From Pirellula sp. (GTDB lineage Bacteria; Planctomycetota; Planctomycetia; Pirellulales; Pirellulaceae): a stretch of DNA of 64,000 bases. Position 1 is the stretch's first letter, and each line of letters starts with the position of its first letter. Location of the stretch: assembly GCA_043757445.1 (NCBI GenBank), contig JAYVPJ010000079.1, positions 74,301-138,300 of the forward strand, read 5' to 3'. The notes beneath the pieces were generated by a model. The model did not search any database. It was not told the DNA's origin and was given only the letters and a program-made list of their open reading frames with translations. The position numbers and the translations under genes were made by a program. Shown here piece by piece: positions 26,388 through 36,200 of the stretch.

Positions 26388-28061
26388 CTATTTTTCGGAC
26401 GATTTTTCTTGCGCTTTGGATTCCTCTAATGCCTTGACTCGTTCCATTTCTTGGATAACTGCCGATGTCGCTTCCGCCTGCCCTTTCATGCCAAGCATTT
26501 CATAAGCCGTCACCGCTTTCCTTCGGGTTTCAATTCGACTTGGGTCCGACCGAACCGCAAGTTCGTATTTGCCGATAGCTTCTAGCGGGCGCTTCGCGAT
26601 CATCAATATATCGCCGAATGTATCCAAAATTTCTGCGTTGGCTGGTGCTAGAGCAACCGCTCTATTAATCAGCTCTAGCGAACGAGGCACGTTCTTATCG
26701 GACTCCCTTGCTAAACAAAGAGAGATGTTGTTTAACACACCAAGGCTTTTTGGATCCTTGGCCAGCGCAAGCTCCCAATTTTTAACCGCGAGATTAACTT
26801 TGCCGGACATATAGTACGCTTCCGCAAGAGCGATATGGCTTTCAACGCTGCTGATCCCAAGCTCCAATTGCTTTAGGAGTACATTTTTAAGTGTCTGAGT
26901 CGAGGCTACTTTCAGGCGAAGCAAGTTTGCAATTTCCGTGGAAATATTGGTGTTTAATGGGTCAGATTCCGCAGCCTTTTCGAGCAAAGAAACATCCGCT
27001 ATGTATTCACCGCTGTCCGTTTTGACGATCGATTTTCGATAGATCAGTCTTTGAATCTCGGACAACTCTCTTTTGGTCGCGGGGCCACTGGTCTTCGTCT
27101 GCAGTCCCTCTGTTAGAATCTCAGCGGCTTGCTCAAGTCGATCCGTCATCACGCGTGCTTCTGCAACAGCAATTCGATCGGACTCCTTTTCGGTGGGGGT
27201 GTTGAGTCTCTTTACGAAAATATCTTCAGCAACGTTTGCCGCGGACTTTAAATCCTCTTTAGAGCCGATTCGCTGGAAGAGCCTTGCGAGCTCTAGCTGT
27301 AACTCCGGCCTGAAATTCGCTGCTTGCCTGGCAACCGCAACGGCCTTGTCTATCTCGCCCAATTTCTCCAGCTTCTTGCCGTAAAATGAAATCAACCGGA
27401 AGTCGACCTCTTTCCACTTCGTTGCCTTTTCCAAATGCTTTATCAATTCGGGATCCGAAAAACTCGCTCCATCGACCGATCGTTTCAAAATATCCTTTGC
27501 CATCCATGCGTTCGCCTGGGGACAGTCACCGAATTGGCCCTTCGCAAGTTCGGACATTTCTGAAACGGCGGCATCTGCTTGGCCTGTCACACTGTGGATC
27601 ATCCCCAAACGGTAGTGAGCCGCTTGGTTTGTTGCCTGCTTAGTAAGTATTCGTTTGCTCAAAAGTTCCACGTACCGGTGTTTCAGATCGGTGACCGAGT
27701 CCATTTTGGTATCGACCTTTTCCGTGGTAGTCCAGCCAATGGCTTTGCAAAAGTCTTCCTCGAAAAGATTGTTGCAAATGGCCTCGAGTGCCTTGGTGGG
27801 GATTTGCTTCTCACTCTCAACCGAGAAGAGCTGAATCCGACTATCAACTCTACTAAAAAAAGAAAAGAAAAACACGATATAGACGCCGGCCAATAGCATC
27901 AAAGAAGGCAGATGGAACCACACTCGTACCCAGCTTCGCGAAAACTTCCAGCCACGAAATGCATCGATGAATCCGCCGGCAACGCCCACCGGTGTATAGA
28001 ATATTTTGAGGAATTCGCTGCCTACCCATAGCGTGTTTTTAACAAAGCTTGAATTCGTCAT
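26388..28061 (-). CDS. membrane-anchored TPR-repeat protein
   Basis: N-terminal TM (WFHLPSLMLLAGVYIVFFFSFF) followed by multiple TPR-like helical pairs, ending in canonical TPRs (ALAKDPKSLGVLNNISLCLA..., AIGKYELAVRSDPS...). The preferred start MTNSSF at 28061 is 1 nt after the upstream stop. The ORF extends to 28115. Confidence 0.7.
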   Translation of the reverse strand: MTNSSFVKNTLWVGSEFLKIFYTPVGVAGGFIDAFRGWKFSRSWVRVWFHLPSLMLLAGVYIVFFFSFFSRVDSRIQLFSVESEKQIPTKALEAICNNLFEEDFCKAIGWTTTEKVDTKMDSVTDLKHRYVELLSKRILTKQATNQAAHYRLGMIHSVTGQADAAVSEMSELAKGQFGDCPQANAWMAKDILKRSVDGASFSDPELIKHLEKATKWKEVDFRLISFYGKKLEKLGEIDKAVAVARQAANFRPELQLELARLFQRIGSKEDLKSAANVAEDIFVKRLNTPTEKESDRIAVAEARVMTDRLEQAAEILTEGLQTKTSGPATKRELSEIQRLIYRKSIVKTDSGEYIADVSLLEKAAESDPLNTNISTEIANLLRLKVASTQTLKNVLLKQLELGISSVESHIALAEAYYMSGKVNLAVKNWELALAKDPKSLGVLNNISLCLARESDKNVPRSLELINRAVALAPANAEILDTFGDILMIAKRPLEAIGKYELAVRSDPSRIETRRKAVTAYEMLGMKGQAEATSAVIQEMERVKALEESKAQEKSSEK

Positions 28062-28062
28062 T

Positions 28063-29103
28063 TTAAGTTTCCATTTCGATTTCGGCAAAATCGTATTCCA
28101 CTTCGCCGAACTCACTATCGCGCTGCGGTACGCTGACCGTCAGACTTGGTAGGCCGCAAAGCCAATTCCAAACAAAAGCAAAAAGTGGGAAGTCCGTGTT
28201 GATGAACTCAAATGGAATGGGTTCCAGCATCGCGGAAGTAAATTGATCTAGACTAACAACCAAAATGGCACCGAGCACGAAGAGTCCTAACTCGAACCCG
28301 AAGGACCATTCGTACCATATTCCATTCCGGATCCCCAACCAAGCCAGTCCAACCCAAGCACTCGCTCGTACAGCAATCCAAACCAAAGCCGACATGGCAA
28401 TCGCTACGAATCCAGCCAAGAAATTTCTACGAAAAGCGAAAATACAAAATAGAGCAATGCCAAAGAAGCTCACAACACTGTCCCACTTGCCAACACACGA
28501 AAACCTGTCCGCTACTCCCAGCCCAAAGATCAGTCGCTCACCCTCGCGTACATGAGACTGCTCGGCTGCGTCGGCAATTCCCGAGGTTACGTTGATCGCT
28601 ATCGATTCCAACGAATCGAATGCGCCGCGCGACGCAAATGCATCGATGGCCGTCGGAATCCAAAACACCAAACCTAACATCAAACTATGCTGAACGTTCT
28701 CGCCGAGAATTCTCATCGTACACCAAGCCGCAAAACTCAAGCCACACGCAATTCCGCTCAGCCTCGGCCTCGCAAAGGAAAAGCTCATCCAAATCGCTAA
28801 ACCAGCTAGACACCACATCGACAAAGCAATGATCAAACGCGATCTCGACGACTCGCCCTGCCAGTCCGACCGGTAAAAAGCAACAATCAATCCCACGACG
28901 ACGCAAACCGAACAAATAACGCGATCAACCGACGAAAACCAGTCTACCCAAGAATTCAGTCCAACGAATACACCACCTATCAACAATATCAAGGACAATA
29001 CTTCAATCCACCAGCCTTCAGTGATTCTTGATTCGTTAAGTGTGGAGACGCTTGGCTCATCCATATCTTGAGTTGTGACGGAGAGAGGTACTACATTTTT
29101 CAT
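28063..29103 (-). CDS. polytopic membrane protein, exosortase-like (tentative)
   Basis: About 8 TM helices. The loop plus TM6-7 read HVREGERLIFGLGVADRFSCVGKWDSVVSFFGIAL...ALVWIAVRASAW. This resembles the exosortase (EpsH/XrtA) pattern (Y/V)REGN.I.L....L.V.EACSGLRSL ... N..R. The Cys and Arg are present. This is a call from remembered consensus only. Confidence 0.45.
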   Translation of the reverse strand: MKNVVPLSVTTQDMDEPSVSTLNESRITEGWWIEVLSLILLIGGVFVGLNSWVDWFSSVDRVICSVCVVVGLIVAFYRSDWQGESSRSRLIIALSMWCLAGLAIWMSFSFARPRLSGIACGLSFAAWCTMRILGENVQHSLMLGLVFWIPTAIDAFASRGAFDSLESIAINVTSGIADAAEQSHVREGERLIFGLGVADRFSCVGKWDSVVSFFGIALFCIFAFRRNFLAGFVAIAMSALVWIAVRASAWVGLAWLGIRNGIWYEWSFGFELGLFVLGAILVVSLDQFTSAMLEPIPFEFINTDFPLFAFVWNWLCGLPSLTVSVPQRDSEFGEVEYDFAEIEMET

Positions 29104-29206
29104 TTGAATGTTATCTTATTCGGCACAAGCTAACGTGTCGGGTTATATTTTTCCGCGGCCAAAACGCACAAGCCAAGCAAATGGAAAGCATGGACGTGAT
29201 TCCCTG

Positions 29207-30511
29207 ATGTCACTCTTGTTAAATGCATTGTACTTGCTTTTACTGTTAATTGTCAGTCCCTGGATCGTTTGGCGGAGCTGGAAACATGGTCGGTATCGCT
29301 GCGGATGGACCGACAAACTGTTTGGACTTCGCCATTCTCTCCATCTTAAACCTACCGACTCCAATCCTGCAGTTGTGTGGCTACACGCGGTGAGCGTCGG
29401 TGAAGTGCAAGTCTTGCGAACCTTGGTAGAAATGTTCGAATCGGACCGACCTGATCTCCGATTGGCAATTTCAATTTCTACCGACAGTGGCATGGACTTA
29501 GCAAAAAAGCTCTTTGCAAAGCATTTCATTTTCTTCACTCCCTTCGACTTCACGTGGTCTATCAAAAAATCTCTTCGCGCCCTCCGACCAAAACTCATCG
29601 TGCTAGCGGAACTGGAGCTATGGCCGAATTGGTTGCTCATGGCTGAACGAGCGGGATGTCCGGTTGCCGTCATCAACGGTCGACTGAGCGAAAATAGTTA
29701 CAGGCATTACGCACGAATCCCTTATCTCGTTTACAGGTGTTTGCAGACAATCGATTGGGTCGGTGCACAATCGAGTTTGTATGCAACTCGCTTTGAAAAA
29801 CTGGGGGTTCTACCGTCGAGGCTGTCCGTAACTGGAAACGTCAAATTCGATGGAGCAACAGGAAACCGATTTGCTAGCGATGTCATCCAACGAAAAGAAT
29901 TTTTCGGTCTGAATGAAGAACACATTGTGTTTCTTGCCGGCAGCACTCAGTCGCCAGAAGAGTCGATTGTACTCAACACTTTTCTTGAGCTGGCAGATCG
30001 CTTTCCAAGTCTTAAAATGATTCTTGTTCCAAGGCATGCCGAGCGATTCGACGATGTCGCTAAAAGCATCGAAGCAACCGGACTTCCTTGGGCTCGACGC
30101 ACCACTTGCCAAACAGTGGTCTCAGATCCAAGCTGGCGAATCTTTTTGGGCGATAGCGTGGGTGAACTTCGATGGTGGTGGGGAATGGCCGACATCGGTT
30201 TTGTCGGTGGAAGTTTTGGCGACCGCGGAGGACAAAACATGATCGAACCATGTGCTTACGGGGTTGCGACTTGCTTTGGCCCAAACACTCGCAATTTTTC
30301 TGACATTGTCAAACTCTTGCTCGATGAGAACGCGTGTACGCAATTGCAAACACCCGCAGAGTTGCGTCCCTGGATCGAGTCCATGCTGGTCGAATCAACC
30401 AAGCGAAAACAAATGTCAATGCAAGCCATTCAAGTGTGCCAAAGGCATCGCGGCGCGAGTCAGCGGACATGGGAAAATCTACAGCGACTACTCCCTCCCA
30501 AAATCGTTTAA
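29207..30511 (+). CDS. waaA: 3-deoxy-D-manno-octulosonic acid (Kdo) transferase
   Basis: N-terminus MSLLLNALYLLLLLIVSPWIVWRSWKHGRY with VWLHAVSVGEV (family hallmark). C-terminal GT-B half ...FVGGSF...GGQNMIEP. The ORF opens at 29108; the ATG at 29207 fits family length. Confidence 0.9.
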   Translation: MSLLLNALYLLLLLIVSPWIVWRSWKHGRYRCGWTDKLFGLRHSLHLKPTDSNPAVVWLHAVSVGEVQVLRTLVEMFESDRPDLRLAISISTDSGMDLAKKLFAKHFIFFTPFDFTWSIKKSLRALRPKLIVLAELELWPNWLLMAERAGCPVAVINGRLSENSYRHYARIPYLVYRCLQTIDWVGAQSSLYATRFEKLGVLPSRLSVTGNVKFDGATGNRFASDVIQRKEFFGLNEEHIVFLAGSTQSPEESIVLNTFLELADRFPSLKMILVPRHAERFDDVAKSIEATGLPWARRTTCQTVVSDPSWRIFLGDSVGELRWWWGMADIGFVGGSFGDRGGQNMIEPCAYGVATCFGPNTRNFSDIVKLLLDENACTQLQTPAELRPWIESMLVESTKRKQMSMQAIQVCQRHRGASQRTWENLQRLLPPKIV

Positions 30512-30536
30512 CTCCGTTTAACCCCGTTTAACCCCC
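30507..30536 (+). repeat. 10-nt phased tandem repeat GTTTAACYCC x3 overlapping the waaA stop
   Basis: GTTTAACTCC GTTTAACCCC GTTTAACCCC, followed by AGCCGCAGGCGACGGTTGG (compare 33181-33198). TAA falls in all three frames. Confidence 0.9.
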
Positions 30537-30597
30537 AGCCGCAGGCGACGGTTGGCCGGACCTTTTCACGCCACTGCCACTGCCTTTGGCATGCCGC

Positions 30598-30644
30598 TGC
30601 CTTTTTCGTGACAATGCCTTTTTCGTGACAATGCCTTTTTCGAG
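30598..30644 (+). repeat. 17-nt tandem repeat TGCCTTTTTCGTGACAA x2.8
   Basis: Two perfect units and a 13-nt partial unit in the waaA/fabI convergent spacer. A 7-bp hairpin CTGCTTG-ATTG-CAAGCAG follows at 30648-30665. Confidence 0.85.
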
Positions 30645-30704
30645 CCACTGCTTGATTGCAAGCAGTACGGACTACACCGTTTCCGAGCGAACCGTGGCAC
30701 TTTA

Positions 30705-31529
30705 TTACTTTTTGGCAAACTCGTGCAACAACCTGCCGGGGCTACCCATGATGTTGTAACCCGCATCGACGTGTAAAATTTCGCCGGTGATTCCACCGCT
30801 GTAGGGGCTCATCAAGTATGCACCGGAGCGACCCACTTCTTCGTGGGTAACGCATCGGCCCAGTGGGGCTACGTATCCATAGTACTCTTGCATTTCACCT
30901 ACTCCGGCTGCAACGCCAGCTAACGTTTTTAGTGGGCCGGCACTTACCGCATTGACGCGAATATTTTTGGGTCCCATGTCATACGCAAGATAACGCACCG
31001 TTGCGTCGAGTGCCGCCTTGCAAATACCCATCACGTTGTACCCTGGCACACACTTTTCGCCGCCGAAATAGGTCATCGCGAGCACGGAAGCTTCAGGGTT
31101 GAGGATCGGTCGAGCCGCATTGGTAACTGATATTAGACTGTAAACACTGACATCCATCGCCAGCTTGAATCCCGCACGGCTCGTTTCAACCGTGTCGCGC
31201 GACAAATCATCCCGGTCGGCAAAAGCGATGGAATGCAATAGGAAGTCGATTTTTCCCATCTTTTCACCCGCCATTTTCATAAACGCGTCAACCTGAGCAT
31301 CGTCCTGTACGTCGAGCGGCTCGAGAAACGCCGTTTGGCTAGGAAATTCTACAGTGCACTTTGAAACCCGCATCCGGTTTTTCTTCTTTTCATCCTCGGG
31401 CTTGTCTGGCAAATGGGAAAAACCGCAGACGCCACCGTGTGCCATGATCTCGCGAGCGATTGCCCAAGCGATGGAGCGATCATTTGCAACCCCAAGTATC
31501 AATCCCTTCTTGCCTTCGAATAACTTCAT
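30705..31529 (-). CDS. fabI: enoyl-[acyl-carrier-protein] reductase (NADH)
   Basis: MKLFEGKKGLILGVANDRSIAWAIA N-terminus, catalytic Y...Y..MG..KAALDATVRYLA region, 274 aa. Confidence 0.9.
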   Translation of the reverse strand: MKLFEGKKGLILGVANDRSIAWAIAREIMAHGGVCGFSHLPDKPEDEKKKNRMRVSKCTVEFPSQTAFLEPLDVQDDAQVDAFMKMAGEKMGKIDFLLHSIAFADRDDLSRDTVETSRAGFKLAMDVSVYSLISVTNAARPILNPEASVLAMTYFGGEKCVPGYNVMGICKAALDATVRYLAYDMGPKNIRVNAVSAGPLKTLAGVAAGVGEMQEYYGYVAPLGRCVTHEEVGRSGAYLMSPYSGGITGEILHVDAGYNIMGSPGRLLHEFAKK

Positions 31530-31750
31530 TTCGCCAAACCTTAGCCGTTGAGTAGATGCAATAGAACTTTCCTATCCCCGTAGCCTACCCGCCCAAGGTG
31601 ACCACCGACAAGCCCCGCTAGAAAAGTGCCTCCGAGACGAGAATCCTGCGCCCCTGCTCGTGGCCCCTTCGTTTTCCGGTTATTATTGAACTCGTAATCG
31701 AAAACCATCGATCCGAATGCACCCCGCTCCCTTGAAAAGCCAAGCCAAAT

Positions 31751-32536
31751 ATGCCAGAGGATTCGTCTGAAAAACAGCGTCCACAATATCGTCGCGTGAT
31801 CTTGAAGCTCAGCGGCGAAAGTCTAGCACACTCGGGCGAGCGGGGGATCAGCATGGACGAGGTGACCGCCATCGCCAAACAGATTAGGCAAGCCCACGAA
31901 CTCGGTTGCCAGCTCGCCGTAGTCGTTGGTGGTGGCAACATACTCCGCGGAGCGCAATTCAAAGGCTCAAGTGGCGAGATGATTCAGGAAGCAACCGCTC
32001 ACTATATGGGGATGCTGGCTACCGTCATCAATGCATTGGCACTGCAAGATGCTCTGGAAAACATCGGATGCACGACTCGTGTCATGTCCGCTATCAAAAT
32101 GGATGGCGTCGCTGAACCCTTCATCCGTCGTCGCGCTATTCGTCACTTAGAAAAAGGACGCATCGTCATTTTGGCAGCTGGGACCGGCGCACCTTTTGTA
32201 ACGACCGACACCGCGGCTGCCAATCGCGGGCTAGAACTTGATGCCGACATCGTTCTTAAAGCCACACGCGTAGACGGTGTCTACAGCGAAGATCCTGAAA
32301 AAAACCCACATGCCACCCTCTATCGCGAACTCGATTACGATACCGTCATCGAACGTAACCTCAAAGTCATGGACTCAACAGCCATCGCACAATGTAGGAC
32401 GCATCAGTTGCCAATCTTGATTTTCAATTTCAAGAAAGAGGGCAACATTGTCAAAGCCGTCAGCGGCCAAAAAGTCGGGACCCGTATCAGTCCTCGCACT
32501 GCATCTGGCGAACGCATTCTCGTGAATGCAACGTGA
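31751..32536 (+). CDS. pyrH: UMP kinase
   Basis: [31 protein letters not shown] and the DGVYSEDP motif. Followed by frr. Confidence 0.95.
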   Translation: MPEDSSEKQRPQYRRVILKLSGESLAHSGERGISMDEVTAIAKQIRQAHELGCQLAVVVGGGNILRGAQFKGSSGEMIQEATAHYMGMLATVINALALQDALENIGCTTRVMSAIKMDGVAEPFIRRRAIRHLEKGRIVILAAGTGAPFVTTDTAAANRGLELDADIVLKATRVDGVYSEDPEKNPHATLYRELDYDTVIERNLKVMDSTAIAQCRTHQLPILIFNFKKEGNIVKAVSGQKVGTRISPRTASGERILVNAT

Positions 32537-32595
32537 CTAATCGCTCATTGAACCACCCACCGACCATTCTCTTTCCCATTTAGGAGTATTGCAAT

Positions 32596-33156
32596 ATGAG
32601 TGTCGAAGACATCTTGATGGACACAGAAGACCGCATGGACAAAGCTCTTGGCGTGCTCAAAAACAACTTGGCCGGTATCCGTACAGGGCGAGCAACTCCA
32701 GGGTTACTCGACTCGGTAAAAGTGACCATTTACGGTTCGCAAACCCCCCTAAAACAATTGGCGAGCGTGGGGGCTCCCGAGCCGCAACAATTGGTCATTC
32801 GCCCGTTCGATTCCAGCACCATCAAAGAGATCGAAAAGGCAATCGTTGCGAGCGAGCTTGGACTCAACCCGCAAAGCGATGGCCGCATCATCCGCATCAA
32901 TATCCCTCCGTTAAGCACCGACGTTCGCAAGAAGCTGGTCGCTCGTATCAAGGACCTCTCTGAAGAAAGTCGCGTTTCGATTCGAAACGTCCGCCGTGAT
33001 TCCAACAAAGCCATCGATACCGAGGAAAAAGAAAAGCTCATTAGCGAAGACGATCGAGACAAGGCAAAAGAAGCCGTGCAGGAGCTTACCAAGAAGTTTG
33101 AAGGCTCAGTTACCGATCTGGCAAGGAACCGCGAAACCGACGTCATGGACGAGTAG
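32596..33156 (+). CDS. frr: ribosome recycling factor
   Basis: 186 aa with LAGIRTGRATPGLLDSVKV..YGSQTPLKQLASV, IRINIPPLS and EE.R...VK. Confidence 0.95.
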   Translation: MSVEDILMDTEDRMDKALGVLKNNLAGIRTGRATPGLLDSVKVTIYGSQTPLKQLASVGAPEPQQLVIRPFDSSTIKEIEKAIVASELGLNPQSDGRIIRINIPPLSTDVRKKLVARIKDLSEESRVSIRNVRRDSNKAIDTEEKEKLISEDDRDKAKEAVQELTKKFEGSVTDLARNRETDVMDE

Positions 33157-33160
33157 AGAT

Positions 33161-33198
33161 CGTTAACCCCGTTTAACCCCGAGCCGTAGGCGACGGCT
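33161..33198 (+). repeat. 10-nt phased repeat (C)GTTAACCCC GTTTAACCCC plus small hairpin AGCCG-TAGGCGA-CGGCT
   Basis: It starts 4 nt after the frr stop. Same family and same orientation relative to the gene as 30507-30555 and 3170-3199. Confidence 0.85.
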
Positions 33199-33287
33199 GA
33201 ACCGTACCAACATAGTCTCTTTGAAAACACGGGTGAGCAGATTAAACTATCTGTCGCACCCGTTTCTTTTCCCCATCCAATCCTGCC

Positions 33288-36200
33288 ATGCAAAAAATAT
33301 TACCACCTCTTCCGGTCTGCTACCGTTGCCTGATTTGCTCTGCGATTAGTACGCTCGCATGCCTTGGATTTGGCAACACACTTCCAGCACAAGACAAAGA
33401 CGTTCCCGGTCGAGAAATTCTAAAAACCCCCCCGCGTCCGAAGCGACCTGACATCAAATCCGCAAAGCTACCACTCGCATTCTTTGAGGGAGAGCGCATC
33501 GCCCTGGTCGGGAACTCTACCGCTGAAAAAATGAATTTGTACGGTCATTTCGAAACTCGACTGCATCTTCGATTCCCAGAAAAAAAACTTGTTGTTCGCA
33601 ATTTTGGCAGACCGGCCGACGAGGTAGGCAGTCGTCAGCGCCCAGGCAATTACGATTTACTCGACGACCCTCTCTACAGTTTTTCGCCCGATACCGTTTT
33701 ATGTTTCTTTGGCTTCAATGAATCGTATGCGGGGCCCGAGGGAGTCGATGGTTTTAAACGAGGATATCTTTCATTCTTGCAACAGTTCTCGGAACGCTAC
33801 ACGCGCGATGAATCGGGTAGCAAAGTTCGATTCGTCCTCGTTACTCCCGCTGCATTCGAAAACACCAACGATCCGCTTCTTCCCGATGCCGAAGCCATCA
33901 ACAGAAACCTGCTTCTCTATGCCGATGCCGTTCAGCAGGTTGGAAAGGGAACCAACTGCGGCGTTGTCGATCTCTTTAAAGGTACAAAGCAACGCTATGA
34001 CGCTCAACCAAAATGCCAGTTCACTCTAGCCGGATTCGCTTTCAACGAACAGGGTGATGCAGTCATCGGTGAGCTGTTGGACGAAGGCCTATTCGGAAAG
34101 AAGACCAACTCAACCGCCAAGGACCTGTTTGCAAAAGTAAAAGCGGCCGTCGTCGATAAGAGTTGGGTTCATTCCCAAGACTACCGAATGCTCAATGGTT
34201 GGTACGTTTATGGTGGTCGTCGCACCTGGGACCATGAGACATTTCCTAACGAGTACCTCAAGATTCGGCAAATGGCCGCCTTGAGAGACGCTTTCATCTG
34301 GGACCTGGCAGCGGGAAAAACACCAGCTCCCGTCGACGACGAAAAGACGAATCCAGTTGTTGTTCCTGCGACTCGCTTCGGCGTACCAATCCAAAAGTAT
34401 TCGGAGCCTGCAGAACTTAAGTACTTAAGTCCAAGTGAGTTTATCGCCGCGACAGATGTTGCCGATGGACTTGAAATCAAACTATTTGCAGATGAAAGCA
34501 AGTTCCCAGAATTGGCCAAACCGGTCCAACTCAATTTCGACAACAAAGGTCGCCTCTGGGTCTCCTGCATGCCAACCTACCCCCAATGGCGTCCAGGCGA
34601 CAAAAAACCCAACGATCGTCTCTTGATTTTTGAAGACACCGATGGTGACGGTACGGCCGACAAATGCAAAACGTTTTACGACAAACTGCATTGCCCCACT
34701 GGGTTCGAGTTCTATAACGGCGGTGTACTCGTGACCGATCAGCCTCGTCTAATTTGGCTCAAGGACACGGACGGCGACGACAAAGCCGATCAAGTCGTTG
34801 AGATCATGGACGGTTGGGGAACCGATGACACGCACCATACGATTGGCGCTTTCGAGTTTTCGCATGGCGGCCTCATGCACATGCTGGAGGGGGTTGCAAT
34901 GAGTACCACTCTTGAAACACCCTGGGGCCCGAAGCGTTGGTCGGGAGCGGCCGGCTCATTTGTTTTCGACCCAAAGACCTTTGAGATCAAACGATTTACA
35001 ACACCCGGTTACGGCAATCCATGGTGCATGACGTTCGATCCATGGGGACAAGGAATTGTCGGAGACGGTACCAATGCGCAGCAGCATTGGGCAACTGCTC
35101 TTTCCGGCAATCAGATCGGACCACGGCGCGGACTCGACGCGATCTTCGACAACCAGGGAATGCGGCCCGCACTTGGGAACGAGTTTATCTTCTCCAAGCA
35201 CTTTCCGGATTCATTCCAAGGGCAATTTACTTATGCGTGTGTAATCAACATGAATGGCATGCCTCGCTTTCGAATCCGCGATGACGGTGCGGGTTTTGCC
35301 GGCGAACGCATCATGAAGGATGACGGAAAGCCAAACGACTTGATCAGTAGCAAGGACAAAAATTTCCGACCAGCTGACCCACAAATAGGTCCGGATGGAG
35401 CGCTGTGGTTTGGCGATTGGTGCAATGCACTAATCGGACATATGCAGTATTCTCAACGCGACCCCAGTCGAGATCACGTTCGCGGACGCGTTTATCGACT
35501 GGTTGCTAAGGACCGATCGTTGGTCAAACCAATGACTCAATTTGGAAAAAGCGAGATTGAACTATTGGAACAACTGCGAGTCTACGAACCGCGGACTCGC
35601 TATCGTATCCGTCGCGAACTCGAAGGGCGACCGACCGAAAAAGTTGCCGCCGCCGTCAAAGACTGGGTTTCGAAGATTCCGGCAAAGGATCCTGAACGCG
35701 AACGGTTGCTAACCGAGGCCCTTTGGATACAACAAACACACCACATCGTGGACAATGGATTGATTGCTTCGGTTCTTGCAAGTTCAGATCCTCGTTCACG
35801 AGCAGCTGCGATTCATACGGTTTCGGACTTGATGCGATGGATTCCCAATGCGAGCGAAATCTTCGTCAAGGCATCGACGGATGCGCATCCACGTGTGCGA
35901 GCCGAAGCCGCTCGAGCACTCAGCTTTATACCCAGTGAGGCATCTGTCGATGCCTTAATCAATCTCGCCGCAACCGAGCAGGACAAATGGTTGCAATACA
36001 TCGAGGAGCACACGATTGGAGCACTGCAACAAACATGGGAGCCGCTTTACAAAAGCGGTGCGTTAGCTGGCAAGAATCCAGCTGGTTTAGCCGCCATTGA
36101 AAAATACTTATCGACCTCCGGTCCTGGTATCGCGGCCGAAAGACAGATCAAGATTCTTTTGGCTGCTCCCGAGGTTCGTCAACAAGTGGCGAGGAACAAC

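Noticed and set aside
26357-26391. Possible intrinsic terminator after truC (GACACT...AGTGTC followed by TATTTTT)
   Set aside because: The stem is only 6 bp with a 17-nt loop, and the T-tract overlaps the 3' end of the convergent TPR gene. This is too weak to call.
29143-29676. Long antisense ORFs inside well-supported genes (29143-29676, 32730-33293, 49540-50154, 59376-59951, 40270-40572 and others)
   Set aside because: Each is fully embedded opposite a gene with strong family motifs. The translations are low-complexity and lack domains.
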